From: Candidatus Omnitrophota bacterium
GTDB taxonomy: Bacteria; Omnitrophota; Gorgyraeia; Zapsychrales; Fredricksoniimonadaceae
Assembly: GCA_015233145.1 (NCBI GenBank)
Contig: JADFYI010000001.1
Span: 143,345-207,344, forward strand
Direction of reading: 5' to 3'
DNA: 64,000 nt
This document shows positions 27,132 to 36,037 of this stretch, in pieces. Under the pieces are notes generated by a model that saw only the letters and a program-made list of their open reading frames with translations, was not told the DNA's origin and ran no database searches. The translations under genes and the position numbers were made by a program. Positions within the stretch are counted from its first letter, which is position 1; every line of letters starts with the position of its first letter.

Positions 27132-28796
27132 ATGTCCTATCTCGTCCTTGCTCGCAAATACCGTCCACAAACGTTTGATGATGTCATCGGCCAGGAGCAG
27201 ATCACCAATGGTCTTAAAGTGGCCTTGGCTCACAACCGTGTGCATCATGCCTACCTTTTCTGCGGCCCGCGTGGAACAGGCAAAACCACCTGCGCGCGTA
27301 TTCTGGCCAGGGAATTGAACAAGGTCAAGGCCGAAGGCCATGCCGAGAGCCTGGATATTGATTCCAATCTTGATATTATTGAAATTGACGGTGCTTCCAA
27401 CCGCGGGATTGATGAGATCCGCACCCTTCGGGAAAACGTCCAGTTTGTGCCCATGTCCGGGCATTACAAAATATACATTGTTGATGAAGTTCATATGCTG
27501 ACGACCGAGGCCTTTAACGCGCTTTTAAAGACCCTCGAGGAGCCGCCATCGCACGTTAAATTTATTTTTGCCACCACCGACCCCAACAAGCTTCCGCTTA
27601 CTGTGGCTTCGCGTTGCCAGCGCTGTGATTTCAAGCGTATTCCTCTCGAGCTTATGGTCAAAAGCCTTAAAAGTATTGCCGACAAAGAAGGTTTTAAAGT
27701 AGAAGACGATGCCCTTTATGCCGTGGCCAAGGCCGCGCAGGGGAGCATGCGAGATGCGTTAAGCGTTTTAGACCAGCTGATTTCCTATTCCGACGGCACC
27801 GTGCGTTCCTCTGATGTCAATGCCATGCTCGGACTTGTGGAAACACAGTTCCTTTTTGATCTGGCCGATGCCCTGGCTGTCAAAGATTGCGCCAAAGCCT
27901 TTGAAATTTTAGAAGCTATTATTTCCCGCGGCAAGGATGTGAAGCAATTTAACCTGACGCTGGTTGAGCATTTCCGCCACCTGATGGTCATGAAAGTGGG
28001 GGGCGACAAGCTGCAGTCTTTGGTAGATTATCCCAAGGCGCAGAAAGAAGCCCTTTTTGTGCAGGCAGGAAAGTTTACCATGCAGGAGATTATTGAGGCC
28101 CTTGAGCTTTTTATCGAAGCCCAGGATACGGCGCGTATTACAGAATCTGCACGGTTGAGCCTGGAGCTGGCTTTGGCCAAGGTAACTGCGGCTGATGTGC
28201 CTGTCCCGACGCAGTCCTCTAAACCCGTGGCGGCACCCATTCCCAAGCCGGCGGTGAAACCGGCTCAAGCACCTGTTGCGTCACCCAAGCCGTTTTCTCC
28301 GTCACCGACAGCGTCCAAAAATCCTTTAAGAAATCCAGAGGCTAAGCCAACACCGCCTTCAGGCCAGGCGTTTATCAAGAATGACAAGGGGTTTTTAGGT
28401 GCCCCCGCATCTGCCGAGGCTGGAACAGCCACAGCCCTTGCAGATCGGCCGTTGGCTATTGAAAGCATTAAACGCGACTGGAATGCCCTGACTCATGCGG
28501 TTTCCCAGGAGAAAATTTCAACAGGCACGTTTTTACAGGAAGGCTGTCCGCTGCGATTGGAAGGCCAGAAGCTCGTGATTGCCTTTTCCACAGAGCATGC
28601 CTTTTATAAGGAATGCTTAAGCAAACCCGATGCCTTAAACCTTATTGCCGTTACTTTTTCAAAAATTTTGAATACGCCTCTGATCGTGGAGTTGGAAACA
28701 GTGGAAAATGCTGTCAGGGAAGAAACAGACCAGGTCAGTGACGCGCGGGGTATTTTTAATGGCGAAGTGGTCAACGAATGGCATAACGAAGAATGA
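27132..28796 (+). CDS. dnaX: DNA polymerase III subunit gamma/tau
   Basis: LARKYRPQTFDDVIGQE, Walker A GPRGTGKTT, DEVHML, SRCQRCDF, and a Pro/Ala-rich linker. Confidence 0.92.
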   Translation: MSYLVLARKYRPQTFDDVIGQEQITNGLKVALAHNRVHHAYLFCGPRGTGKTTCARILARELNKVKAEGHAESLDIDSNLDIIEIDGASNRGIDEIRTLRENVQFVPMSGHYKIYIVDEVHMLTTEAFNALLKTLEEPPSHVKFIFATTDPNKLPLTVASRCQRCDFKRIPLELMVKSLKSIADKEGFKVEDDALYAVAKAAQGSMRDALSVLDQLISYSDGTVRSSDVNAMLGLVETQFLFDLADALAVKDCAKAFEILEAIISRGKDVKQFNLTLVEHFRHLMVMKVGGDKLQSLVDYPKAQKEALFVQAGKFTMQEIIEALELFIEAQDTARITESARLSLELALAKVTAADVPVPTQSSKPVAAPIPKPAVKPAQAPVASPKPFSPSPTASKNPLRNPEAKPTPPSGQAFIKNDKGFLGAPASAEAGTATALADRPLAIESIKRDWNALTHAVSQEKISTGTFLQEGCPLRLEGQKLVIAFSTEHAFYKECLSKPDALNLIAVTFSKILNTPLIVELETVENAVREETDQVSDARGIFNGEVVNEWHNEE

Positions 28797-29434
28797 ACTA
28801 TCCTAAAGTCATTGAAAACCTGATTGAACAGCTGATGAAGCTTCCAGGCGTCGGGCGCAGAAGCGCTGAGCGCATGGTTTTTTGGCTCCTCAACAATTCT
28901 CCTGAAGAGTCGGCGCGGCTTTCTCAAAGCGTGACAGAATTGAAAGAAAAACTCCGTTTTTGCAAGCTTTGCAATAATTTTACTGAAACAGAAGTCTGCC
29001 CGGTTTGCGAGGATACCACGCGCGATTCCGGTGTTATTTGTGTGGTTGAGAATCCCAAAGACGCGATTGCCATTGAAAAAACCGGAATATTCAAAGGCCA
29101 GTATTATGTCCTTTTGGGAACAGTGATCCCCTCGGAAGGCCAGGGGCCGGAAGATTTGGATATCGCAAAACTTATTGCCAAAATTAAGGCCGACAATATT
29201 GCAGAGGTGGTGCTGGCCACTGATGCGGACATGGAAGGTGAACTGACCGCGCTTCATCTTACGAAAATATTACAGCCTTTGGGGGTCAAGATTTCAAGGA
29301 TTGGCATTGGCCTGCCTGCGGGTGGGGCCGTGGAGTTTGCAGACATGTCAACTCTTACGATGTCGTTTCATTCGCGCCGTGCCGTCCTTCATGACACGCG
29401 TCAGGATCAGCCCCAGCCGCAGGGTTCTTTATAA
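28793..29434 (+). CDS. recR: Recombination protein RecR
   Basis: LPGVGRRSAERM HhH motif, Cys4 finger CKLCNNFTETEVCPVCED, and a Toprim domain. Its start overlaps the dnaX stop by 4 nt. Confidence 0.92.
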   Translation: MNYPKVIENLIEQLMKLPGVGRRSAERMVFWLLNNSPEESARLSQSVTELKEKLRFCKLCNNFTETEVCPVCEDTTRDSGVICVVENPKDAIAIEKTGIFKGQYYVLLGTVIPSEGQGPEDLDIAKLIAKIKADNIAEVVLATDADMEGELTALHLTKILQPLGVKISRIGIGLPAGGAVEFADMSTLTMSFHSRRAVLHDTRQDQPQPQGSL

Positions 29435-29450
29435 TCCTTCATTTTTGTTT

Positions 29451-29478
29451 TTGACATCTTTAGGAATATTAGTATAAT
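29451..29478 (+). promoter_or_regulatory. Consensus sigma70-type promoter for tRNA-Asn
   Basis: TTGACA, 16 nt, TATAAT, both hexamers perfect. It lies about 65 nt upstream of the tRNA 5-prime end. Confidence 0.55.
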
Positions 29479-29545
29479 TCAAGCACTTGATTTCCTCCTG
29501 CTTTTTCATATCGGCGGGATTTGTTCTTTATAGCCGTATCATCAT

Positions 29546-29836
29546 TCCCCTGTAGCTCAGTTGGTAGAGCATGTGGCTGTTAAAGTTAGCAGCCTCCGGC
29601 AGAAACGCTGGAGTGACAAGCGGGCTAAGTCAGGGAAATCCCCGTCTTTTTTGGGACAATCCTGAGCTAGCAAGCCTTACTAGAAATAGAAGGCTGGGCA
29701 AGTGCAGAGACTTTACACCCGCCGCCTAAAACCAATCAAATCACTTTTGGTCATGGCGAAGAGAAAGTCCGACTCTTCAGGCAACTGAAGTCAGAAAGTA
29801 ACCACAGGGTCCTAGGTTCGAGCCCTAGCGGGGGAG
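29546..29836 (+). tRNA. tRNA-Asn (anticodon GUU) interrupted by a group I intron
   Basis: Exon 1 (29546-29580) is TCCCCTG-TA-GCTC-AGTTGGTA-GAGC-A-TGTGG-CTGT. Exon 2 (29799-29836) is TAA-CCACA-GGGTC-CTAGG-TTCGAGC-CCTAG-CGGGGGA-G. Joined, they give a perfect 73-nt cloverleaf with anticodon loop CTGTTAA. Confidence 0.82.
29581..29798 (+). ncRNA. Group I intron (small, IC3-like, no ORF) in the tRNA-Asn anticodon loop
   Basis: P1: exon GGCUGU pairs with intron GCAGCC (29589-29594), giving a U.G wobble at the splice site. The intron ends in G (omega-G). GCAGAGACUUUACACCC and GAAGAGAAAGUCC resemble the conserved P7/J8-7 core (Tetrahymena CAGACUAAAU / AAGAUAUAGUC; Azoarcus UAGAGACUA...CACCCACCUAAGG). 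UCAGGGAAAUCC forms a P4/J4-5-like segment. The terminal hairpin CTTCAG-GCAA-CTGAAG has a GNRA loop. Confidence 0.78.
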
Positions 29837-29845
29837 TTTATTTAG

Positions 29846-29880
29846 AAAGCCCATTCATTAATTTGGATGGGCTTTTTTAT
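29846..29880 (+). terminator. Rho-independent terminator after tRNA-Asn
   Basis: AAAGCCCAT...ATGGGCTTTTTTATTTT hairpin followed by a T-run. Confidence 0.6.
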
Positions 29881-29992
29881 TTTCTAAGAAAACTCTCCCG
29901 TTAAGGCTAAAAAGTGGGTAAACTAAATAAAAAATTAGAGAAATCAGCTTGTTCGATCGTGTCATCAAAACTCAAAATTCAGGGGGCATGGG

Positions 29993-31339
29993 ATGGACGC
30001 ATTAATGCTTTCCCGCTGGCAGTTTGCGGTCACAACATCGTATCATTTTCTTTTTGTCCCTTTATCCATTGGCATTGGGCTTATGGTTGCCATCATGGAA
30101 ACGCTTTACGTTGTGCGTAAAGACGATTTGTATCTCAGGATGGCGCAGTTCTGGGCCAAGTTTCTCCTTATTAGCGTGGCGCTGGGAGTGGTTACGGGGA
30201 TTGTGCTTGAATTCCAGTTTGGGTTAAACTGGGCGAGGTTTTCGCGTTATATTGGCGATATTTTTGGCCCGCCGCTGGCCATCGAATCATGGGCTGCATT
30301 TTTCCTTGAATCGGTTTTCATCGGCGTCTGGGTTTTTGGCGGCAAGAAAATATCTCCGAAACTGCACGCGTTCGCGTTATGGATGGTAACTCTGGGCGCC
30401 ATGCTTTCCGCCTTCTGGATCCTGACAGCCAATGCCTTCATGCAGGAGCCTGTGGGTTATGCTTTGCGTAACGGCCGCATTGAATTGGTGGATTTTCCCG
30501 CGGTTGTCTTTAATCCACAGACCATCCTGGAATTCTGGCACGCGGTCTATGCTTGCATCACGACGTCGGCTTTCTTCGTGATTGCGGTTTCGGCCTACCA
30601 TCTTCTCAAGAAAACTACTGAGGCCGAGTTTTTCCGTCGTTCGATGCGTATGGCTGTTTTTCTAGGGCTCGTTGGGATCATGGGGGTTGTTTTATCGGGG
30701 CATGAGATGGCCAAGCACGTGGCTTTTGCCCAGCCCATGAAATTGGCCGCATCAGAAGCTGTGTGGGACAAGACGACTACTGGCAGTGAATCGGTTTTTG
30801 CACTCATTGATGAGCGTGGTAAAAAAAATACGCTCGACATCCGGATACCGTATCTTTTGAATTTTTTCATCTACATGAAGCCAACCGGAACAGTGGCAGG
30901 CATCAATGATCTTCAGAAGGAATTTGAGGCCAAATACGGAACAGGGAATTACACGCCGCCCTTGAACCTGACCTACTGGTCTTTCCACCTCATGATCATG
31001 TCCGGGCTTTTGATGATGTTTATTTTATTTTGGCTTATGTTGGCAACCCGTAAGCCGCTTGTTTTTTCGCCTTTCATGCTTAAGGTTTTGATGGGGTCGG
31101 CAATTCTTCCGCATATCAGCAATATCACGGGTTGGATCATGACCGAGGTTGGCCGTCAGCCCTGGATAGTTTACACGCTCATGAAGACCAACGAGGGGCT
31201 GACTGAAAACCTGAACCCGGCCTATGCATTGTCGTCGTTTATTCTTTTTGTGTTGGTTTATACGATATTGATTTTCATTGCCGCCTCGCTGACCCTGCGG
31301 ATCATTATTGCCGGGCCTCTCGAGAGCGGAAATCGTTGA
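29993..31339 (+). CDS. cydA: Cytochrome bd-type quinol oxidase subunit I
   Basis: MLSRWQFAVTTSYHFLFVPLSIG N-terminus, GRQPW motif, 448 aa (short Q-loop form). Confidence 0.92.
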   Translation: MDALMLSRWQFAVTTSYHFLFVPLSIGIGLMVAIMETLYVVRKDDLYLRMAQFWAKFLLISVALGVVTGIVLEFQFGLNWARFSRYIGDIFGPPLAIESWAAFFLESVFIGVWVFGGKKISPKLHAFALWMVTLGAMLSAFWILTANAFMQEPVGYALRNGRIELVDFPAVVFNPQTILEFWHAVYACITTSAFFVIAVSAYHLLKKTTEAEFFRRSMRMAVFLGLVGIMGVVLSGHEMAKHVAFAQPMKLAASEAVWDKTTTGSESVFALIDERGKKNTLDIRIPYLLNFFIYMKPTGTVAGINDLQKEFEAKYGTGNYTPPLNLTYWSFHLMIMSGLLMMFILFWLMLATRKPLVFSPFMLKVLMGSAILPHISNITGWIMTEVGRQPWIVYTLMKTNEGLTENLNPAYALSSFILFVLVYTILIFIAASLTLRIIIAGPLESGNR

Positions 31340-32355
31340 AAGGAGTCGTGCCTGTGGACCTGCCGTTGATCTGGTTTCTTATTGTGGCTTATCTTTTTGC
31401 CGGATTCTTTCTCCTCGAGGGCTTTGACTACGGGGTCTGCATGCTTTTGCCGTTCATTTCCAATGAAGACGAACATCGCCGGATGATGATCGCGACCATC
31501 AGTGGTTTCTGGGACGGCAATGAAGTCTGGATGATCACTCTGGGGGCTGTGCTTTTTGCAGCCTTCCCGTCGTGGTATGCAACGCTTTTTAGCGGTATGT
31601 ATCCTGTTTTTGTCCTTATTTTGCTCGGTTTGATCGTCCGCGGGGTAGGGCTCAAGTTTCGTGATGACTACAGCGGACACACCTGGCGCTTTGGATGGGA
31701 CATGGCGCTGTGTGCCGGAAGCGTCCTTGTGGCGTTTTTGTGGGGCCTTATCGTCGGAAATATATTGCGCGGTATCCCGATCAATGCCGCCTTTTCCTAT
31801 GCCGGAGGATGCAGGGATTTAATCAATCCTTTTAGCGTGGCCAGCGGGATTGCCTTTGTGGCATTGTTTACCTTGCACGGCATGGTTTTCCTCAATATCA
31901 GGCTTACCGGCGAGGTGCTTCAAAAGGCCCAGAAGCTGTTTTTTCCTGTCTATGGTGTGACTTTGATAATCGCTGTGGCATTCCTGGCCAGTGCAGGGAG
32001 AGTGGCGGGGCTTTTTAAAAGCCCGTTGGCGTCACTGTTTTCTATTGCGGCAGCAACGGCGCTTTTGCTTATCGCTTTATGGTTTAAAAGGAATTCCTTT
32101 CTGGCGTTTTGGATGAGCGCAATGGCCATCGTTTTTTTGAGTGTTGCTGTTTTTGCCCGTCTTTATCCGCGGGTTCTTGTTTCCAGCCTGGATCCCCAAT
32201 GGAGCCTCACCATCTATAATGCCAGCGCGTCTTCGTATTCACTTAAAGTGATGAGCGTTGTGGCGATTATATTTATCCCCGGCGTTTTATTTTACCAGGG
32301 CTGGTCCTACTGGGTCCTGCGCAAGCGCATTGAAAAAAGTGACCTCGAGTATTGA
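31336..32355 (+). CDS. cydB: Cytochrome bd-type quinol oxidase subunit II
   Basis: Polytopic 339-aa protein with the FDYGVCMLLPF and WDGNEVWMI motifs. It overlaps the cydA stop. Confidence 0.88.
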   Translation: MKGVVPVDLPLIWFLIVAYLFAGFFLLEGFDYGVCMLLPFISNEDEHRRMMIATISGFWDGNEVWMITLGAVLFAAFPSWYATLFSGMYPVFVLILLGLIVRGVGLKFRDDYSGHTWRFGWDMALCAGSVLVAFLWGLIVGNILRGIPINAAFSYAGGCRDLINPFSVASGIAFVALFTLHGMVFLNIRLTGEVLQKAQKLFFPVYGVTLIIAVAFLASAGRVAGLFKSPLASLFSIAAATALLLIALWFKRNSFLAFWMSAMAIVFLSVAVFARLYPRVLVSSLDPQWSLTIYNASASSYSLKVMSVVAIIFIPGVLFYQGWSYWVLRKRIEKSDLEY

Positions 32356-32483
32356 TCAATCCCTGAAAATTGCATCTGTGCGTAGAAAAAAGTCAAAAGA
32401 AACACTTTTTTTTTATTTTGATGCGAGTATAATATAAAAATTACTTTAATTTTTTTATTAATTTCTTGGGGAACAAAATTCCT

Positions 32484-34367
32484 ATGGCATTACCTTTATT
32501 GGCCTTCCTTATATTATTCCCGTTGTTCATTGCGTTTTTGGTGTTGTTTGTCCGTAAGGAAGCCTTCTTTGCGGTAATCATTTATCCAGCTGCTGTCATC
32601 CTGATCGTGGCAACCTGTTTTTTACTGGGGTTGTCAGCGGGTGGAAGCCCAACGCTTATTGCTGTCCATGCGGGGTGGGTTGAACCGCTCATGCTTGTTG
32701 TTGAGGTTTTGGCTGCTATTTACCTTTTGTTTCTGGCAATCAAGCAGCGTGACTGGACTGTCAGCGCGCTTGTCATTATCCAGACTGTTGTTCTTTTAGG
32801 GTTTCATTTCAGCCGTGCTGGCGAGGTCCATACCAGGGCAGAACTTTTTATTGATGTTTTTTCGGTCATGATGGGGCTTGTTGTGGGTATTGTCGGCACC
32901 TTGATTGCAGTATTTGCGGTAGGGTATATGCGGGATATGCATCACCACCAGCATGAGATCCCTGATGGCCGCCGGGTGTTTTTTAGCATCATTTTCCTGT
33001 TTCTTTCCGCAATGTTTGGGGTCTGCTTCTCTAATAATCTCAGCTGGATGTTCTTTTTTTGGGAAATAACAACCGTTTGTTCGTTCTTAATGATCCGCTA
33101 CAAGGGTGATGCGACATCTGTAAAGAATGCTTTCTGGGCCCTGCGCTGGAACCTTTTAGGCGGTTTGGCATTTTTGATCGGCATTATTTACCTGTGCCTG
33201 ACACACCATACGATTGAACTCGACAAGATGCTCGCACTTCCCAAGGCATGGGTCATGCTGCCTGTGGCGCTCTTCTGTTTTGCGGGTTTGACAAAGTCAG
33301 CGCAGCTGCCTTTTTCATCCTGGCTGGTGGGTGCCATGGTGGCTCCCACACCGGTTTCAGCGTTGTTACATTCTTCAACCATGGTCAAGGCAGGCGTTTA
33401 TATTGTCTTGAGGCTTGCCACATCCCTTGAAGGGACTTTTGTTGGCCTCATTGTTGCTTTTGTTGGCCTTATCACATTTTTGATCTGTTCTTTTATTTGT
33501 ATCAGCCAGAATGATGCCAAGAAAGTGCTGGCGTATTCGACGATCGCTAACCTGGGGCTTATTATTCTGTGTGCCGGTATTGGTTCTCCCCAGGCGGTAT
33601 GGGCCGGGATGCTGCTCATTGTTTTCCATGCTGTTTCCAAGGGGCTTTTGTTCCTGTGTGTCGGTTCAATTGAACACAAACTCCACAGCCGCCAGATTGA
33701 GGACATGTCCGGGCTTATCATACGGCTTCCCAAGCTGTCGGTCATGCTCCAGATCGGTATTGCAGGGATGTTTTTAGCGCCGTTCGGGATGCTTATCAGT
33801 AAATGGGCAGTCCTTCGCGCTATTGTTGATTTTAATCCTTTCTTTGCGCTCTTTTTGATCTACGGCAGCACCGCAACCCTTTTCTTCTGGGTGAAGTGGC
33901 TTGGCAAGGTGATTACAGTGGAAAAGGATTATAAGAATGAAGAAACCGGCATTTCGCTGGATCAATGGATACCCATGGGGATATTAACGGCCCTGACAGT
34001 CTTGATTTGCGGTCTCTTTTCGCCGTTCGCTAATATACTCATTGAACCGTATATTGTTGCGCTCTATGGCCGTGAAGTAACGCTGGGGGCCGGCAATATG
34101 CTGATCATGTCGATCATGCTTACGTTTATCGCCCTTTTCCCGCTGACCTTTCTGCCGACGCGCGGCGTGAAAATGGCAAAACCTTATCTGGGCGGCGCTA
34201 ATGTTGGCGATGGCCGGCAGTTTCGCGATTCGCTGGGGGGTGTTAAGCCCATGCATATGAAGAATTTCTATATGGAAGAATATTTCTCAGAGACACGCCT
34301 GATGAGGCTTGGCGTCATTGTGACAACGGTCTTTTTGGCTGCAATGCTTGCGGCCGGAGGGATGTGA
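32484..34367 (+). CDS. Group-4 [NiFe]-hydrogenase membrane subunit, NuoL/EchA/HyfB-like antiporter module
   Basis: About 627 aa and polytopic. Proton-pump family motifs (WEITTVCSFLMI, LPFSSWLVGAMVAPTPVSALLHSSTMVKAGVY). Alternative TTG start at 32466. Confidence 0.8.
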   Translation: MALPLLAFLILFPLFIAFLVLFVRKEAFFAVIIYPAAVILIVATCFLLGLSAGGSPTLIAVHAGWVEPLMLVVEVLAAIYLLFLAIKQRDWTVSALVIIQTVVLLGFHFSRAGEVHTRAELFIDVFSVMMGLVVGIVGTLIAVFAVGYMRDMHHHQHEIPDGRRVFFSIIFLFLSAMFGVCFSNNLSWMFFFWEITTVCSFLMIRYKGDATSVKNAFWALRWNLLGGLAFLIGIIYLCLTHHTIELDKMLALPKAWVMLPVALFCFAGLTKSAQLPFSSWLVGAMVAPTPVSALLHSSTMVKAGVYIVLRLATSLEGTFVGLIVAFVGLITFLICSFICISQNDAKKVLAYSTIANLGLIILCAGIGSPQAVWAGMLLIVFHAVSKGLLFLCVGSIEHKLHSRQIEDMSGLIIRLPKLSVMLQIGIAGMFLAPFGMLISKWAVLRAIVDFNPFFALFLIYGSTATLFFWVKWLGKVITVEKDYKNEETGISLDQWIPMGILTALTVLICGLFSPFANILIEPYIVALYGREVTLGAGNMLIMSIMLTFIALFPLTFLPTRGVKMAKPYLGGANVGDGRQFRDSLGGVKPMHMKNFYMEEYFSETRLMRLGVIVTTVFLAAMLAAGGM

Positions 34368-34368
34368 T

Positions 34369-35217
34369 ATGTCCTGGATAACTGGACTCGCTTTTGTGTT
34401 TTTTGCGCCGTTTGTGGGTGGGCTTATTGCAGGGTTTGACCGCAAGATTACGGCGCGTTTGCAGGGCCGTATCGGGCCGCCGATACTTCAGCCTTTCTAC
34501 GATGTGGGCAAGCTTTTGCAGAAAGACAATCTGGTTGTTCGCAGGTCACAGCATTTGTACACGGAGTTCTTTTTTGTTTTGACCATTTTTACGGGTGCGC
34601 TTTTCTTTGCCGGCGGAGATCTTCTGCTTGTAATTTTTTCCCTTGCAATGGCCGGCGTTTTCTTTGCGCTTGGCGGTTACAAGGCAAGTTCTCCTTACAG
34701 CTTCATCGGCGCTCAGCGCGAGGTTTTACAAATGGTTTCCTATGAGCCTGCGGTTCTTTTGGCTGCAGTGGGGATGTATATGGTCACGGGAAGTTTTAAG
34801 GTTTCTGTGATTGCCGCTTATCCCAAGCCTTTGGTCATGCTTTTGCCCGGCATATTTTTTGCGTTCTTTTTTATCCTGCCGGTCAAGTTTCGGAAATCCC
34901 CCTTTGACCTTTCGACCTCACATCATGCGCATCAGGAGATTGTTAAAGGGATCACAACCGAAATATCCGGCAAGACCCTGGCACTTGTGGAAATAGCGCA
35001 TTGGTATGAGTATGTTTTTGTGCTGGGGATGGGGTATTTGTTTTTCGCTTCAAACATCTGGCTGGGGCTTGTGATGACGTTTGTCATTTTTGAGCTTTTG
35101 CTGGTCGTTGATAATTCAACGGCCCGCGTGCGCTGGCAGGCCATGATGGCCAGTTCCTGGATCGTCGCGCTTGTGGCGGGCGGTTTAAATATTCTCTATT
35201 TGATGCTGAGGCACTGA
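34369..35217 (+). CDS. Group-4 hydrogenase membrane subunit, NuoH/EchB/HycD-like
   Basis: FDRKITARLQGRIGPPILQPFYDVGKL is the NuoH-family signature. Polytopic. GGAGGG RBS upstream of ATG 34369. Confidence 0.82.
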   Translation: MSWITGLAFVFFAPFVGGLIAGFDRKITARLQGRIGPPILQPFYDVGKLLQKDNLVVRRSQHLYTEFFFVLTIFTGALFFAGGDLLLVIFSLAMAGVFFALGGYKASSPYSFIGAQREVLQMVSYEPAVLLAAVGMYMVTGSFKVSVIAAYPKPLVMLLPGIFFAFFFILPVKFRKSPFDLSTSHHAHQEIVKGITTEISGKTLALVEIAHWYEYVFVLGMGYLFFASNIWLGLVMTFVIFELLLVVDNSTARVRWQAMMASSWIVALVAGGLNILYLMLRH

Positions 35218-35218
35218 T

Positions 35219-35659
35219 ATGGGCATGCTTTCAAAATCACCATGGGTTATTCATTATGATGGTTCAAGCTGTAACGGCTGTGACATCGAGGTCCTGGCAG
35301 CTTTAATGCCGCGCTTTGATGTTGAACGTTTCGGCGTTGTGAATACCGGCAATCCGAAACATGCGGATATCCTGCTTTTGACAGGATCCATTAACGAGCA
35401 GAATAAGCCGGTTGTCCTTAATATTTATGAGCAAATGCCCAACCCCAAGGTGGTTCTCGCCGTCGGGATTTGCGCGACCTCAGGTGGGATTTTTCGCGAA
35501 TGTTACAACGTTCTGGGAGGCGCTGACAAGGTTCTTCCGGTGGATGTGTATGTGCCCGGATGCGCTGTTCGTCCGGAGGCTATTATTGACGCTGTCGTCA
35601 AGGGTGTGGGAATACTTGAACAAAAACGCGCGGCCATGCTTGCGGCCCAGAAGGCATAA
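35219..35659 (+). CDS. [NiFe]-hydrogenase small subunit, NuoB/EchC-like
   Basis: 146 aa with four Cys for the proximal [4Fe-4S] cluster (GSSCNGCDIE, GICATSGG, VPGCAVRPE). Confidence 0.88.
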   Translation: MGMLSKSPWVIHYDGSSCNGCDIEVLAALMPRFDVERFGVVNTGNPKHADILLLTGSINEQNKPVVLNIYEQMPNPKVVLAVGICATSGGIFRECYNVLGGADKVLPVDVYVPGCAVRPEAIIDAVVKGVGILEQKRAAMLAAQKA

Positions 35660-35662
35660 TTT

Positions 35663-36037
35663 ATGAATCAACAAACTTATACCGATATTGAGGTCAAAGA
35701 CCTTTTGTCCACAGCTTCCCGGATGAAGGATGCGGGCCAGCGCCTTGTGCAGATCTGCTGCACAAAACTACCAGACAGGCTCGAAATCCATTATTCATTT
35801 GACAAGGACTATGCGTTCACCAGTTTTCGTTTGACGCTTAAAGACAATTCAACGATTGTGCCGAGCATTAGCAAGGTCTACTGGAATTCTTTCCATTACG
35901 AGAATGAAATCCACGATCTTTTTGGTATCAAGGTTGAAGGCAATGTGGTTGATTACCAGGGCAATTTTTACCGCACGGCCATCAAAACTCCCTTCAATAT
36001 CGCGACACCGGCTGCAGAAGGGGAGAAGAAATCATGA
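35663..36037 (+). CDS. Hydrogenase subunit in the EchD position, with a NuoC-like motif
   Basis: 124 aa. HYENEIHDLFGIKVEG resembles the NuoC ERExxDxxG motif. Its position between the small and large subunits matches EchD/MbhK/CooU. Confidence 0.62.
   Translation: MNQQTYTDIEVKDLLSTASRMKDAGQRLVQICCTKLPDRLEIHYSFDKDYAFTSFRLTLKDNSTIVPSISKVYWNSFHYENEIHDLFGIKVEGNVVDYQGNFYRTAIKTPFNIATPAAEGEKKS

Noticed and set aside
27132-28796. A programmed -1 frameshift site in dnaX (gamma/tau)
   Set aside because: I found no A-AAA-AAG-type slippery heptamer in the gene when reading it through.
28604-29257. 217-aa minus-strand ORF
   Set aside because: It lies entirely antisense to the well-supported dnaX and recR genes. 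It has no motif or SD, so it is a shadow ORF.
29757-29775. GAGAAAGUCCGAC, reminiscent of the RNase P RNA CR-I motif GAGGAAAGUCC
   Set aside because: It lies inside the 218-nt insert that splits tRNA-Asn. The surroundings are far too short and lack the other RNase P conserved regions. The string fits the J8/7-P7 strand of a group I intron.
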